From Octopus sinensis (taxonomy: Eukaryota): a stretch of 64,000 nucleotides of DNA. Each line of letters begins with the position of its first letter. Position 1 is the stretch's first letter. The translations under genes and the position numbers were made by a program. Location: NCBI RefSeq assembly GCF_006345805.1, contig NC_043000.1, positions 124,372,001-124,436,000 of the forward strand, read 5' to 3'. Below are positions 13,070 to 26,636 of this stretch, one piece after another. The notes under the pieces were generated by a model that had not been told where the DNA came from, did not search any database, and saw nothing but the letters and a program-made list of their open reading frames with translations.

Positions 13070-13400
13070 CCCCTTCAGTCATGAATGACCATGGGATTGC
13101 ATCTACAAAGTTACCCTCCGAGGCACAAGTCCGGGCAAGGTTGTTTATGGAAGACCAGCAGTCACCCACACCAGCCTTGCCTCTCCATGTCACCAATGTT
13201 ATCCAAGGGAAAGGCAAAGGGGCTGATACAGCTTGGCATTAGTGATGATGCAACTCATTCCTACAGCTGAGTGAACTGGAGCAACATGAAATAAAGTGTC
13301 TTGCTCAAGAACACAACACACAACCCGGTCCGGGAATCGAACTCATTACCTCACGATTGTAAGCTTGATGCTCTAACAACTGAGTCATGCGCCTTCACAT
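13070..13400 (-). mobile_element. tRNA-derived SINE, family C
   Basis: Minus strand B-box GTTCGATTCCC then gtgttcttgagcaagacac; similar copy at about 24360-24675. Confidence 0.7.
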
Positions 13401-16400
13401 ATATGTGTGTATTATGCTACATGTATATTATGCTACATGGCAGTGAGACTTGAGCTGTGACTACTGAGGATATATGAAGAAATGAAGCCCGTATGCTCTG
13501 CTGGATGGGTAATGTCAGTGTGCATATATCTATCATTGGCTTTTGTAGCACAGAGCAAAGCAGGCCTTGCCGTCCACTCAAGGAAACACATAGTAAATGA
13601 TCCACAAGCACTTGAGCAAACTGAGTCCTCAACTTGTTCCCTTTGTCAAAAGGTTTGCAAAGGTAGCAGCAAGGCTCAAGAGACACATTTGTGTTCATAG
13701 AACATGATTACCACTTTGCTTTTACTGAATACTCGTTAGTTGTTCATGACGAGAGAGAATCCATCATACATACACTTGACAACTGATGTTGGTGTTTACA
13801 TCCCTGTAACTTAGCGGTCTGGCAAAAGAGACCGATAGAATAAGTACTAGGTTTACAAAGAATAAGTCCTGGGGTCAATTTGTTCAACTAAAGGCAGTGC
13901 TTCAGCATGGCCACAATCAAATGACCGAAACAAATAAAAGAATACACTCACACTTCTGAATTAAAATGCAGTCCCTGTAATGTCATTCACAGTAGTTAAA
14001 CTACTGTTAACACTAACTACTGATATATATCTATGATTTTTAACACTGTTTGTCTATAAGAGATGCTATCTTGGGATGAATATTGCAGTTTATCAGGTTA
14101 GTGTTAACATTTTATGCACCCAACACCAAAAGTTTATGTGGGTACAAAAATAGGTAAAACTCAAACTCAAAATGTAGTAGATTTATGTATTTATACAATT
14201 AACTAAAAATAGACACACAAAATAGAAAAAGTATAGCATTAACTTTTAAAAATTTATTCATTAAATTATAAAATCAATAAGTTATTAATAAGGTATTAAG
14301 TTCAAGTATTTCATAGTGACAGTGAATAGAAAGCTTAATTTTATATTGACTATATTCACCTAGCTGTTGGAAACAGATGCCTGATCTTGTTACCAGATGT
14401 AATAGCATTCTCTAACCTAACTGAGGTGATTTAGTGGTTTTCAATGTATCTCATCTTTAATTTGCTTAATGCTATAAGACAAGGCAAAGCACCAACCATT
14501 ATAACTTTCTTGAGAGTTCTTGAGACAATAATATAGAATAAGTAAACTAATAACATAATGTTTCTGTTACCAAACTTAGGTAAATGCAGATCCAAGCTGG
14601 AAGTATGCATATGCTTTTATTTACAATAATGTTTCTATAGAATTTTTAATAAACTTATAAATAAAAAAAACAATTATATATCATCATCATCATCATCATC
14701 ATCATCGCTTAACGTCCGCTTTCCATGCTAGCATGGGTTGGACGATTTTGACTGAGGGCTGGCAAGCCAGATGGCTGCACCAGGCTCCAATCTTGATTTG
14801 GCAGAGTTTCTACAGCTGGATGCCCTTCCTAACGCCAACCACTCTGAGAGTGTAGTGGGTGCTTTTTACATGCCACGGGGTGAGGGGTGGGCAGTCAGGC
14901 GATACTGGCAACGACCTTGCTTGAATCTTTTTACACATTCCACCGGCACAAGTGCCAGTAAGGCAACGCTGGTAACGATCACACTTGAATGGTGCCTTTT
15001 ATGTGCCACTGGCACAGAAGCTGGTTATTATTATTATTATTATCTAAAAAGCTCTTTCCAAAGTCATCATATATATATATTTTTTATAAATGAAAAGTTT
15101 TTTCTTAATAAACAAGTTTGTGTATTTTACATTATTACATTATTTAAAATACAGCAAATTTAGAAATAATCTGAGAGCAACTTTCTGGAAGTGAGCATTA
15201 CAATTTAACAGTGTATGAATAGTAACAGTTATTAAAAGTAAATTTGGAGGACAAACAACCAGCCAAAAGAAGCTAAAGAACAAAATCCTACCAATTGTTT
15301 TAAAAGTATGTCAAAAGGCAACAATTTATATAGTATCCCCAAAATATTCATCATCATAATCATTTTAACATCCACTTTTTCATGCCTGCATGGGTCAGAT
15401 TTTCTACATCCAGACGCCCTTTCTGTTGCCAAACGTCCTTTGTTTCTGGGCAAGGCAATATTTCCCATGGCCAGACATATTGGAAATGAATGACGTTGCT
15501 TGTGTGACAAAGGCACTTATTTATAGCTATCATGTGATGTCAAGACAAGGAGACACAAACATAAATGCACACACACAGTATTCAACTGCAATATAGCTAA
15601 TGCCTTAGTCTTCTGCCAAAACACAATAACTTAAATATTAGTTTCAAATTTTGGCAAAAGGCCAGCAATTTCAGGGGTGGGGGAAAATTGATAATTTGCC
15701 TCCAGTGCTCAGCTGGTACCTATTCTATCAACCCTGAAAGGATGAAAGGCAAAGCTGACCTTGGTGGAATTTGAACTCAGAACGTAAAGATTTTCCCTGG
15801 GCATTTTGCCCAGAGTGCTAATGATTCTGCCAGCTCGTCACCTTCACAGTAATTTAGATATTAAGACATTTCCATTTAAATCAATTAAAAATGGTTAATA
15901 CGAACAAAAGGCTGCCATGTAAAAAAAAGAAAAGACCCAAAGATTTTCAAATCAACTTTTGTAAAAATTTACGAATAACTCAAGTTTCAAAATAAACTTT
16001 TTAACAAGATGAAATCTTCAATAATTACTAAGAAAAATTTAGTCTTACACATTAAACAACAAATTTCAATTCATTTATTCAGTTAACAATGTGACACACT
16101 TTCATCTGTCCTGAATAATTTGAAGTTTTGAAATATTTAGTTTTTATACATGCAAAGAAATACTACATAGGAACTTATTTCTTTAACTTGAGAATCTTGG
16201 AAGTAGTCTACACATCGGCTATTTAAAACTGACAGTTTTAGATATTTTTCTTGTCAATAATCTATGGATGATATAGATGGGATGCATATAGCAGGTCTGT
16301 TCTATATTATAATCATCACATGAAGCACCATTATACATCATCAATATAAATGTTTCACATTTATAATAATGGTATAATTAGAGTGGGTTATTAACCTTAT

Positions 16401-18929
16401 TTATTTTGATCACTGACATTAATTACCTAAGGCTGAACCAGATGGCATTCTATATACATTACTGTCAACCCATCTTAAACGTGTCCCTATCATTACTGAA
16501 CTTTTTAATCTTTCTTTCTATAGAAATTGACTGAGCTTTCAGAAATATGTCACAATGTTTCCAAGAAAGGAAATCTCTCTGACACAGGTACCAACACCTG
16601 AAACAATTACATAATCTTTATTTTCATACTTTGGATATTTAACTCTCCTCAATGACCACATGTATCGTTTCTACAAACCCAGTGGTTTCTGGTTCCTGAA
16701 AAGTTGAGTAAAAACGAAGTTGTTGCCCTTTATATTACTTATGGTTTTTGCCTGACAGAACTTTCTGAGAAAGATATCCACAAATGGGGTCCATTCATCC
16801 TTCACCGGGATTGAAAATTTCCTGTCGGGTTACTCCAATTATCAAGGGTTGAATTTCTTCACAACCTTCACTACATCAATACAGGTGTTACTTAACTCCC
16901 TCACTGCCTTTTCTACCCACAGCAGAAGTGTTAAGTCTGGTCCTTCTGGTGGTGTAAAGCACTCGTGGTAGTACCACGTAAAAGCGCACGAGTGATAATA
17001 CGTAAAAGTACCCACTACACTCTGTAAAGTGGTTGGCGTTAGGAAGAGCATCCAGTCGTAGAAACCATGCCAAACCAGACTGGAGTGTGATGCAACCCCT
17101 CAGCTTACCAGCTCTGGTCAAAGTGTCCAACCTATGCTAGCATGAACAACAGACGTTAAATGATGATGATTACATGTAATACACACACACATACACACGT
17201 TTGCGTGTCTCTCTATATGTGTTTACATACAAAGACAGAGAGAGGGAGGAGGGAAGAGAGGACTTATGTAAGCTGTTGTCAGAGATAATTCGGTTCGTTA
17301 AACGTTCGTTCCCTGAACACCGCTCTCGGAAGTAAAACTTTTTTTTTTCTGAAGAATATCCCTTCCCTTTTATTTATTGTTACTCATAGATTGAGCAAGT
17401 GAGAGAGACTACACAACTTTGAAACAGACTTTATGCAAACTGTTTGCCCCACTGAAAGTGGAACATAGTTTTGAAGGAAGTTAATTGTACCGTCTTTATT
17501 TGCTGTTAATTACTCATCCATGAAAATATTTGACACACTTAGAGAGTCAATTTCACCCTAGAAATTTGCGATCCTTCGGTAATATATAAAATCGGCATTC
17601 TTTCCATAAAATTTTTATTATGGAAGCATTCACTATACCTTGCTTTATTTACGTCTTTTGCTTTTCATTACCCGCTCAGTTGAGGGCCTACAAGAACCCT
17701 TATTTAATAGGGTCGTCCTCTGAACGTCCATCTCAATAGTTTCATTCATTTATCTGTGGAATCTCTTACCCTTAACACTAAACAAACTTATTTAATTACA
17801 GTAGTTTGTCCTCTCGGTTGAGAGAGAGAGAGAGAATCGTTATTTGACATAAATCAGCTTGGGTAGACTAAACAAACTTCAGCATATTGTCCAGCGATTT
17901 ACGATTTGAAGATGTGGTTATACATAAAAAAATTTGTTTATTCAGCACGTAAGAGAAGCATTTTCCTCTAAAGTGTCTTGTTACGTTTAGGTCTCTATCA
18001 TGACATATATCGAATCAACAACAGCAGAATCTCTGCATGATCGCTCAAACTAACAGAAACAATAACCAAACGCTCCCCTTAAAACCTTATCGTCTTAAAA
18101 AAACAAAAGATGGGACAATTTAAGCTGGAATGCCTTTGATCATAAGTCTTCTCAGTCAGGTCTAAACAATAGCAACTTGAATTTACGAACGTTATTTACT
18201 GAATTTTGCTGACGCAGGCCATCACACTTTTCTCGGAGTCGGGTTTTCCTTTGTTGAGCAGGTCAGATGGCTAAACATGTGGGCTCTCTCAATGGGTCAT
18301 CATAAAAGCAAGCTTTTAGTGAATTGAGCTCGTGTCCCTGTCCCTCTTCCCGATAGAGTAGTTTCACTTCAAGGAAAGACAAGTTTCACAACTCCACTTT
18401 CCCCGTTCTATAGAGAAGAGCCCAAACGTCTACCCAGGAAATAAAATAATAACTAGAATTCAATTATTTTAATTAGCCTCTACAGCATTTAGAGAAAAGA
18501 TGGACAACATTAAATGCGTAACCCTTCACGCTTCGTTGGTTTTGTATGGTACATCTCTGCTTTGCTATTTAAAATAGTCGAAGAGAATAAACATCGTATT
18601 TCAAATTACCCAACACATTTCTAATTTTCTAGTTCAACACAAATTTCCAATTTTCTATACAATAAAAACTGATAATATTACCAATTACTGTCATATGGTT
18701 ATAAAACACGAAGGTCAAACATAATCAGCTTGTAAACATAACATTTGTAAACATTTGCAGCTGTCGGTATTAGGTTTCAATTTCATTAAAATTCGAATTT
18801 CTGTAAAGTCAGCAAAACGGTAACATCTTAACTTTTCGTGTTTATAAATATGTTAAATCTAAATGCAACAACTTCGAGAAATAAACTTTTGGTATAAGAC
18901 ATGATGAGTTGATGATATAAATTACTTAC

Positions 18930-19294
18930 TCTGCTGCGGCTCCGTAGGTGAAGAAATAAGTGAATAATTCTTCCAATTCAACAAAAGAACTGATTGATTC
19001 GTGATGAACATTAGAATTGTTCGATGGAGCTAATCCCAGTTTTTGGAATAAAGCTAAAGCACTGACGGTCAAGTCGAGACATCCACCAAGTCCTAGTGCC
19101 ACTCGAGGCCTTGCAAGATTATCAACTTTTTTTTCAGCCCGGAGGAGACCAGAAAGAATCTCATCGAGGCCGTGTTTAGTTTCATTGATTCCGCTGCTGT
19201 GTTTATTAAAATAGTAATAGTAATAAACAGCAATGAATAAAACAACAGCAGGTACTATAACACCGCTGATTGCCTTCCAGTTATTCAGCTGCAT
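18930..19294 (-). CDS. ADPGK: ADP-dependent glucokinase, coding exon 1
   Basis: ATG at 19294; MQLNNWKAISGVIVPAVVLFIAVYYYYYF (N-terminal hydrophobic anchor) ... RPRVALGLGGCLDL ... FTYFFTYGAAAE, typical of eukaryotic ADPGK; donor GA|gtaagt, phase 2. Confidence 0.93.
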
Positions 19295-19379
19295 TGTAGA
19301 ATAAATGTCAGCAGTGAACGAACTTTCCTAACAGCATTAAATTGCAGCCCTTCTTTAACCTGATCTGTTATTTGCCAAC

Positions 19380-19460
19380 GTAGTCAATGTGACGGTAATG
19401 TCGTAATATGGTGGGGGTGCGCGTTGCTACAAAACCGGCGTGGAAAATTCAAAACGAAAT
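19380..19460 (-). promoter_or_regulatory. Probable ADPGK proximal promoter / 5' region
   Basis: CpG-enriched patch 90-170 nt upstream of the ATG in AT-rich DNA; position and composition only. Confidence 0.3.
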
Positions 19461-20582
19461 TTTTACGTTTCTAATTTTTAATGCAACACTCTAATAAAGC
19501 AAAAATTATTTTTGCATGCCAGTGAACAGGTCGCGATTTCAAAGCGAAGAAAATGTTTTGACAAATTAAATTTAAATGCTGAAGTGAAGCTAATGGTTTT
19601 CGTGTGTTTTGAAATGGTTTATAAACATCTTCCACGCTACAATTGTTTTTGTTTCAGCACACGATCTCAAATCAGGTCACTTGCTATGCAAGTACATCTC
19701 CGTAACAGTCTATATAATTTCTTTAAAAAGAAAAAAAAAAAAATTACCATTTTCTTAATTGTAATATAAACCGGCGGAGGTAAAGTGTAAGCACTCCATA
19801 CCCTTCTTTTTTTTTCATAAATTTCCTCGGATTCCTTTGGTTTTGATATAGGAGATTACGATTTTGCAAAAAAAATAAAAGAAATCATATTTCCAAAATT
19901 TTAATTTCCTCCTCCCTACCCTAATTTTATAATTTTTCACTTTTTTCGAATTTTTTTTTATTAATCCACGTAGAAAAATACGGAGATTACGAAACTGGAA
20001 ATTTTTTCTTTAGATTTTAATTTTTCTTACAAAATACCCTGTTCCCCTCCATCCACCTTGCCACTTTCAAAAAGCTAAAAACTCCCTGTTTTACTTTCGT
20101 CTGATATTTCATGCATGCGTAGATTTCTCCTGAAACAGCAGACGAAAAAATATCTACCACCACAAGAAAACCCGATATGCTAGAAACAATAACTAAATGT
20201 CTGGAAAATATTTTCCCCCTCATTTAACGACCCTTTTTACTTCTTTTTTAAAACATAAACGACGTAATCATCCACAAAAAAATATTCAGTTTCATAATCT
20301 CCGTAGAAAGAACAGCTAGGTTCTAGCGTGATGAATCCCATGAATAGATTCCTCATATGTGTTTAAATGTACACTGTATTTTATGAGTAATACATGGTCT
20401 TTCAACTAAATTTTTACACGCTAGGCCACTGGAAATGAAAATTTCTATTAATTTCCATTTCCCTCCGATATGATTAAGTGTATATATATATATATATATA
20501 ATAATAAATATTAGGGAATAAATACAAATTTACAGGGAAAAATCAGATTTAGGATTGAATCCAATTTTATAGTAAAATATTA

Positions 20583-20947
20583 TATAATATTAATTAGAGA
20601 CAAAACCACTATTATGCAAATCAAACAAAGAAAGACTTAATCCAATACATAAAAAATTTTATATAAATTAAATAAAATTAAATTCGCCACTACAATTGTT
20701 TTGTGTCTCTTCTAAGGACATTCATCAGGTGGTTTTCAGATCTTCTATTCAATTTTAAGTTACTTCATAACTTAAAATTGAATAGAAGATCTGAAGACCA
20801 CCTGATGAATGTCCTTAGAAGAGACACGAAACAATTGTAGTGGCGAATTTAATTTTATTTAATTTATATAAAATTTTTTATGTATTGGATTAAGTCTTTC
20901 TTTGTTTGATTTGCATAATAGTGGTTTTGTCTCTAATTAATATTATA
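20583..20947. repeat. Near-perfect 180-bp inverted repeat with a 5-nt loop
   Basis: 20583-20762 is the reverse complement of 20768-20947; about 2 mismatches seen. Confidence 0.92.
20798..20843 (+). ncRNA. Minimal type I hammerhead candidate
   Basis: ccac-CTGATGA-a-TGTC...GACA-c-GAAA-caattg-TA-gtgg; stem I CCAC/GTGG, palindromic stem III ACAATTGT, GUA triplet; A-C mismatch closes stem II. Confidence 0.6.
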
Positions 20948-20955
20948 CATATATA

Positions 20956-21001
<46 letters not shown>

Positions 21002-21024
21002 TATATATTATATATATATATAAA

Positions 21025-21510
21025 TCAAACCAAATCAAAATCGATGAACATCAATGGAATTTGTATCTTTGTGGTGCCAGTAGCACATAAGAAAACCATC
21101 CGAACGTGGCCATAGCCAGTACCGCATCGACTGGCCTCCGTGCTGTGGGCACGTAGCAAACACCATCCGAGCGTGGCCGTTCGCCAGCCTCGTCTGGCAC
21201 CTGTGTCGGTGGCACATAAAAAACACCATCCGAGCGTGGCCGTTCGCCAGCCTCGTCTGGCACCTGTGTCGGTGGCACATAAAAAAACACCATCCGAGCG
21301 TGGCTGTTCGCCAGCCTTGTCTGGCACCTGTGTCGGTGGCACATAAAATCACCCACTACACTCTCGGAGTGGTTGGCGTTAGGAAGGGCATCCAGCTGTT
21401 GAAACACTGCCAGATCTGACTGGCCTGGTGCAGCCTTCGGGCTTCCCAGACCCCAGTTGAACCGTCCAACCCATACTAGCATGGAAAGCGGACGTTAAAC
21501 GATGATGATA
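21025..21510 (+). mobile_element. 5'-truncated RTE 3' UTR copy (representative of about 20 copies)
   Basis: Matches the 3' UTR of 48201-49510, ending ...gacgttaaacgatgatgat; other copies at about 520-990, 4150-4370, 14683-15025, 16920-17170, 22085-22620, 25860-26180, 27820-28190, 41128-41495, 51895-52430. Confidence 0.8.
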
Positions 21511-21811
21511 TATATATGTGTGTGTGTGTGTGTGTGTATAAATAAATATAGGGATGGTATTATTAAAATACCATCACAAGTGGTAAGCGAATTATTAGCC
21601 GTACAGGCAAATTAATAAAATATATACATACAATATTAGATATGTACATATCTACACAAGGGTACTAAATGAGTACCTATATCGCTCATGATAGAAGTCA
21701 AAAAATACTTCTGTACCACTGAAAAATCACAAATCTATTACAGACAAGATAGGAAAAAATATCAGTGAACAATAATAATGTCTTACCTCAAATGGGTCAG
21801 AACAAGTAAAT

Positions 21812-21888
21812 GCTGGTCAACTTGGTACCGGTTTCGAAATTTAGCGCCACCTAGACGCATGATTTCTCATCAACCGAAGTCCACCAGC
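21812..21888 (-). ncRNA. Type I hammerhead candidate (C3U variant)
   Basis: Minus strand: gctggtggacttcgg-TTGATGA-GAAAT...ATTTC-GAAA-ccgg-TA-ccaagttgaccagc; about 13-bp interrupted stem I, palindromic ACCGGT. Confidence 0.6.
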
Positions 21889-22027
21889 TAAATAACTACT
21901 AACATTCTCCCCCATCATGCCTGCGAAAGTTCGTTTGAAGTGATCAAGCACCGTACGAACAAACGAAATGCGTAAAATCATTTATAAATAAATATAGGGA
22001 TGGTATTATTAAAATACCATCATATAT

Positions 22028-22073
<46 letters not shown>

Positions 22074-23399
22074 GGTATAGTTATCATCATCATCATTATC
22101 ATCATCGTTTAACATCTGTTTTCTATGCTGGCATGGGTTGGATGGTTTGACTGAGGTCTGGAGAGCCAGTGGCTGCTCCAGGCTCCAAACTGATCTGGCA
22201 TTGTTTCTACAACTGGATGCCCTTCCTAATGCCAATCACTCCAAGCAAGTATTGGGTGCTTTTTATATGCCACCAGCATGGGAGTCAATCAGGTGGGCCT
22301 GGCAGTGATCATGTTCAGATGGAGCTTTTTATGTGCCACCGGCACAAGAGCCAGTGGGTACTGGCATCGGTCATGATTGGTTGTTACTTTTTACGTGCCA
22401 CCAGCACAGGAGCCAGTCAGGCAGACCTGACATCGACCACGTTCGGATGGTGCTTTTTACGTGCCACCAGCACAGGAGCCAGTCAGGGGGCACTGGTCAC
22501 AGCTATGATATTAATTTTACTCAACAGGTCTTCTCAAGCATATCATATCACCCAATGCATCAGGGGTATTCTTAACAGGGTCAGACATGCATGGCTGTGA
22601 TCTCACTTTGGTTGCCAGGTCTTCTCAATCACAGCATATCTCCAAAGGTCCTGGTCTCCCATCATTTCCTCTGTGAGGCCCAATGTTCAAAGGTTGTGCT
22701 TCACCACCTCATCCCATGTCTTCTTGGGTCTATCTCTTCCACAGGTTCCATCTACAGTTAGGGAGTGACACGTCTTCACACATCTGTCTTCATTCATACG
22801 CAACACATGACCACACCAGCACAGACGCCTCTCTTGCACACCACATCTGATGCTTCTTATGCCCAACTTTTCTCTCAGGGCACTTACACTCTGCTGTATA
22901 TGCACACTGACATTACACATCCAGTGGATCATATTAACTTCATTTCTTTCAATCCTATGCATGTAGAAAACACAGGTAGAAATATAGGAGAAAAAGAAGT
23001 TCAAAATGCACTGAGAATAGTTAAAATATTTTTTTATTATATTTACTGGTTTCACAGTTTACACAGATTTTCAAAAAGTTACACACACTTACACACATAT
23101 ACTCTTTTACTTGTTTCAGTCATTTGACTGTGGCCATGCTGGAGCACCACCTTTAGTCGAGCAAATCGACCCCAGGGCTTATTCTTTGTAAGCTTAGTAC
23201 TTATTCTATCAGTTAATGGAACCAACTGAAGCAAGCCAAGATGCTCACAGCATTACCATGGGTAATGTGAGGCTAAGGCATTGGAACAGCCAAGCACCTT
23301 AATGGGGACCACCTGACGCCTCAGTAAGGCTAGCCACTAATGATGACAAGAACTTTGTTGTTAGTAGTCCAGCCTCTCCAAGCATCTCAAATGCTGCAC

Positions 23400-24300
23400 A
23401 GTGCAAAAAATAGTTCACTGACAGGTCCCGGTACTTGAGGATTGAACCTGTCTTCAGCATTGATGAGTGCTTCAATGTCTGTCTGGAACTGTTAACCTGC
23501 CTGCACTGAATAGTCCTCACTTATTTCAGACATCACCTGATCAATGGCTTCTTTCAGTTAGGAATATGGCATTGGGAGGAAGTTGTTTAGTCTCTCTTTG
23601 AATGTCAGCTACTTTTTTTCAACTACAAATTTAATCATCATGCTCTCCAACGCCGTTGACCGTTCACCAATGTATCAATCTATTCCTGAAAACAGGAGAC
23701 ATAAAAAAATCGTCAAATTTAGACTGTTTATGATGATGAAGACGATGGTGGTGGTGGTGGTGGTGGTGATGGTGATGATGATGGTGGTGGTACTGAATGT
23801 GTTTTAACTTCTTGTGTTAGCATTTTCTCTGCCATGGGGATCTGAAAGAAATAAAAAAGCACTTATTTCTTCCATTGGTATTTAATTGGTTTTTAATTAA
23901 TTAAAAAAAAACGTGAGGTGACATGACATAAACTGTTTTATTCCCCACTCCTAAAACCATCGTGATTGCTGGAAACTTAATGTGCATCACTATGGTGACA
24001 TCAAAAGGATCTGCACATAACCATTTGTCAATTCTTCTGTAAGACTTTTGCTCTTGATTGAAGTGTTTCTCATCACAGAAGAATCAAAACATGCCATATC
24101 CATGAATGTTTTTATATTTGTGGGTAAGTACTTGATTAACTTGAGTTTTCCTGTTTTCGGTACATACAACTTGAATTTAGTGTCCTTCAGCACCACAGTT
24201 CTGATAGTCCACTCTGATGCTTAAGTTCTTTGGTGATGGCTCTCATTGATTTTTCTGGTTTGAAGAGAGTAATATACTGATAACTAAGTATCTTCAGCTA
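23400..24300 (-). mobile_element. Highly decayed Tc1/mariner-like transposase pieces
   Basis: TIRTVVLKDTKFKLYV near 24200 and LKEAIDQVMSEISED...IEALINAEDRF near 23450-23550 resemble Tc1/maT N- and C-terminal motifs; many stops. Confidence 0.35.
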
Positions 24301-25226
24301 CCCTTTGCACCCTGTAGTTTTGTGATTAGTGGACTCAAATTTACTGAGAATAGTATTAAGGCAAAGGGTAAAGACCTCCTTTGGTTATGAATGACCATGA
24401 GATTGCACCTAGAAAGTTCCCCTCCAAGGCACAAGTTCGGGTAAGGTCGTTATGGAAGACCAGCATACTAGTCTCTCCTCTCCATGCCACCGATGTTATC
24501 CAATGGAAAGGCAAAGGCTGATACAGCTTAGCACCAGTAATATCGCAACTCATTTCTACAGCCGAGTGAACTAGAGCAACATGAAGTGTCTTGCTTAAGA
24601 ACACAACACACAGCCCGCTCTAGGAATTGAACTTACAACCTCATGATGCTTTAACCACTGAGCCATGTGCCTTCAATTCATCAGGTAGAATTACCAGCAT
24701 AGGTTTTAGATGGTTTCATGGCTCTTCAGGTACAGATCACTAAGGTCTGGTTACAGATGAATAGGAAGGGGACATTTTTGGTGCAGTGTCATTGGGGCTG
24801 CAATGTGGGGCTTCAAGGACATAACTTCTAAAATCCTATGATTATTAAATTTGTTATTTTATTGCTGTGATATCAATGACAACACATACTGTCATTGATA
24901 TCACAACATGCTGTCATATTTATGCTGTATTTTCTGTCAATGAGACATGAGACTCTGACCGCTGTTACACTTCTTACATCAACCTACTTTCAGGTATCAT
25001 TTTTCTATTTTTGGTCAAATATAACAAATAAACACCCTATTGTTCCATCCTATTCTTCTACTGTCACTCAATCTGTAATTGTTTCATGAGTCAGCCTTCT
25101 ACATCCATATTATCTCTTTACCCTCAAAGCAAATGAATACATCCAGTATATGTATGCACATATGTGTATATGTGTGTATTTGTGTGTATTTGTGTGTGTG
25201 TGTGTGTGTATATGGTTGTCTGTCCA

Positions 25227-25259
<33 letters not shown>

Positions 25260-26551
25260 TCAAACACATATACCCATCATCATCATCATCATCGTTTAAC
25301 GTCTGCTTTCCATGGGTTGGATGGTTTGACTGAGGACTGGCGAGCCAGATTGCTGCACCAGCCTCTAATCTGATCTGGCAGAGTTTCTACGGAAGGGTAT
25401 CCAGCTGTAGAAAATCTGCCAGATCAGATTGGAGCCTGGTGCATCCATCAGGTTCACCAGACCTCAGTCAAACCGTCCGACCCATGCCAGCATGGAAAGT
25501 GGACATTAAATGATGATGATGATGATGACGAATATATGTCTTTGAATGTGTGTGTGTATAGAGAGATGGACAGACAACCATATACACACATACAAACAAA
25601 TACACACATATACACATGTGAGTGTATGTGATTATGTGTGTTTAGTGCCGAAAGGCTCTAAAATGATGTATCCTCAAGAAAAACAAATTTCATTTTCAAA
25701 ATCTATGCCCCAAAGAGAATGTTCTCCGTAAATAATAATAAAACAAATATAATTTGCTATGAGAAATAACTCAACATTTGGATCTACAAATCTGTTGTCT
25801 TTCTGTCACCACCAACCTATGTCTACTAGTTACCTCACTCCTTGTCACTTTCTCTCTGTATCATCATCATCATCGTTTAACGTCCATTTTCCATGCTAGC
25901 ACAGGCCGGATGGTTCGATCGGGGTCTGGAAAGCCAGGAGGCTGCACCACGCTCCAGTATGATCTGGCAGTGTTTCTACAGCTGGATGCCCTTCCTAGCG
26001 CCAACCACTCCATGAGTGTAGTGGATGCTTTTTACGTGCCAGGAGAGGCTGGCAGTAGCCATGATTGGTTGGTGCTTTTTATGTGCCACTGGCACGGAAG
26101 CCAGTCAAGGTGGTGGTGCTGGCATCAGCCACATTCGGATGGTGCTTTTTACGTGCCATCAGCACAGGTATCGCAACTACAATTTCCAATAAGTATTATT
26201 TCTCATACATTGCTTTCATTTTGTTTAAAACATCATCTTCTAACGATTACTTTCATTTTATCACTTGCTATCATGTACAAATCCTGTTTTCTGATTGAGT
26301 AGAAATGATCAAATTTAAACTTTTGTAACATTTTGCTACAATTTTTCTGGAATAAATGTTTGACAAACTCAGATTCAGCATTGAAAAGTACATCAATATA
26401 CCAAATTTGAAAATTTTTACTCAGGCGTAGGAATGGCTGTGTGGTAAGTAGCTTGCTTACAAACTATATGGTTCTGGGTTCAGTCCCACTGCATGGCACC
26501 TTGGGCAGGTGTCTTCTACTATAGCTTCGGAAACTGAAAGAAGCCTGTCAT

Positions 26552-26603
<52 letters not shown>

Positions 26604-26605
26604 TG

Positions 26606-26636
<31 letters not shown>

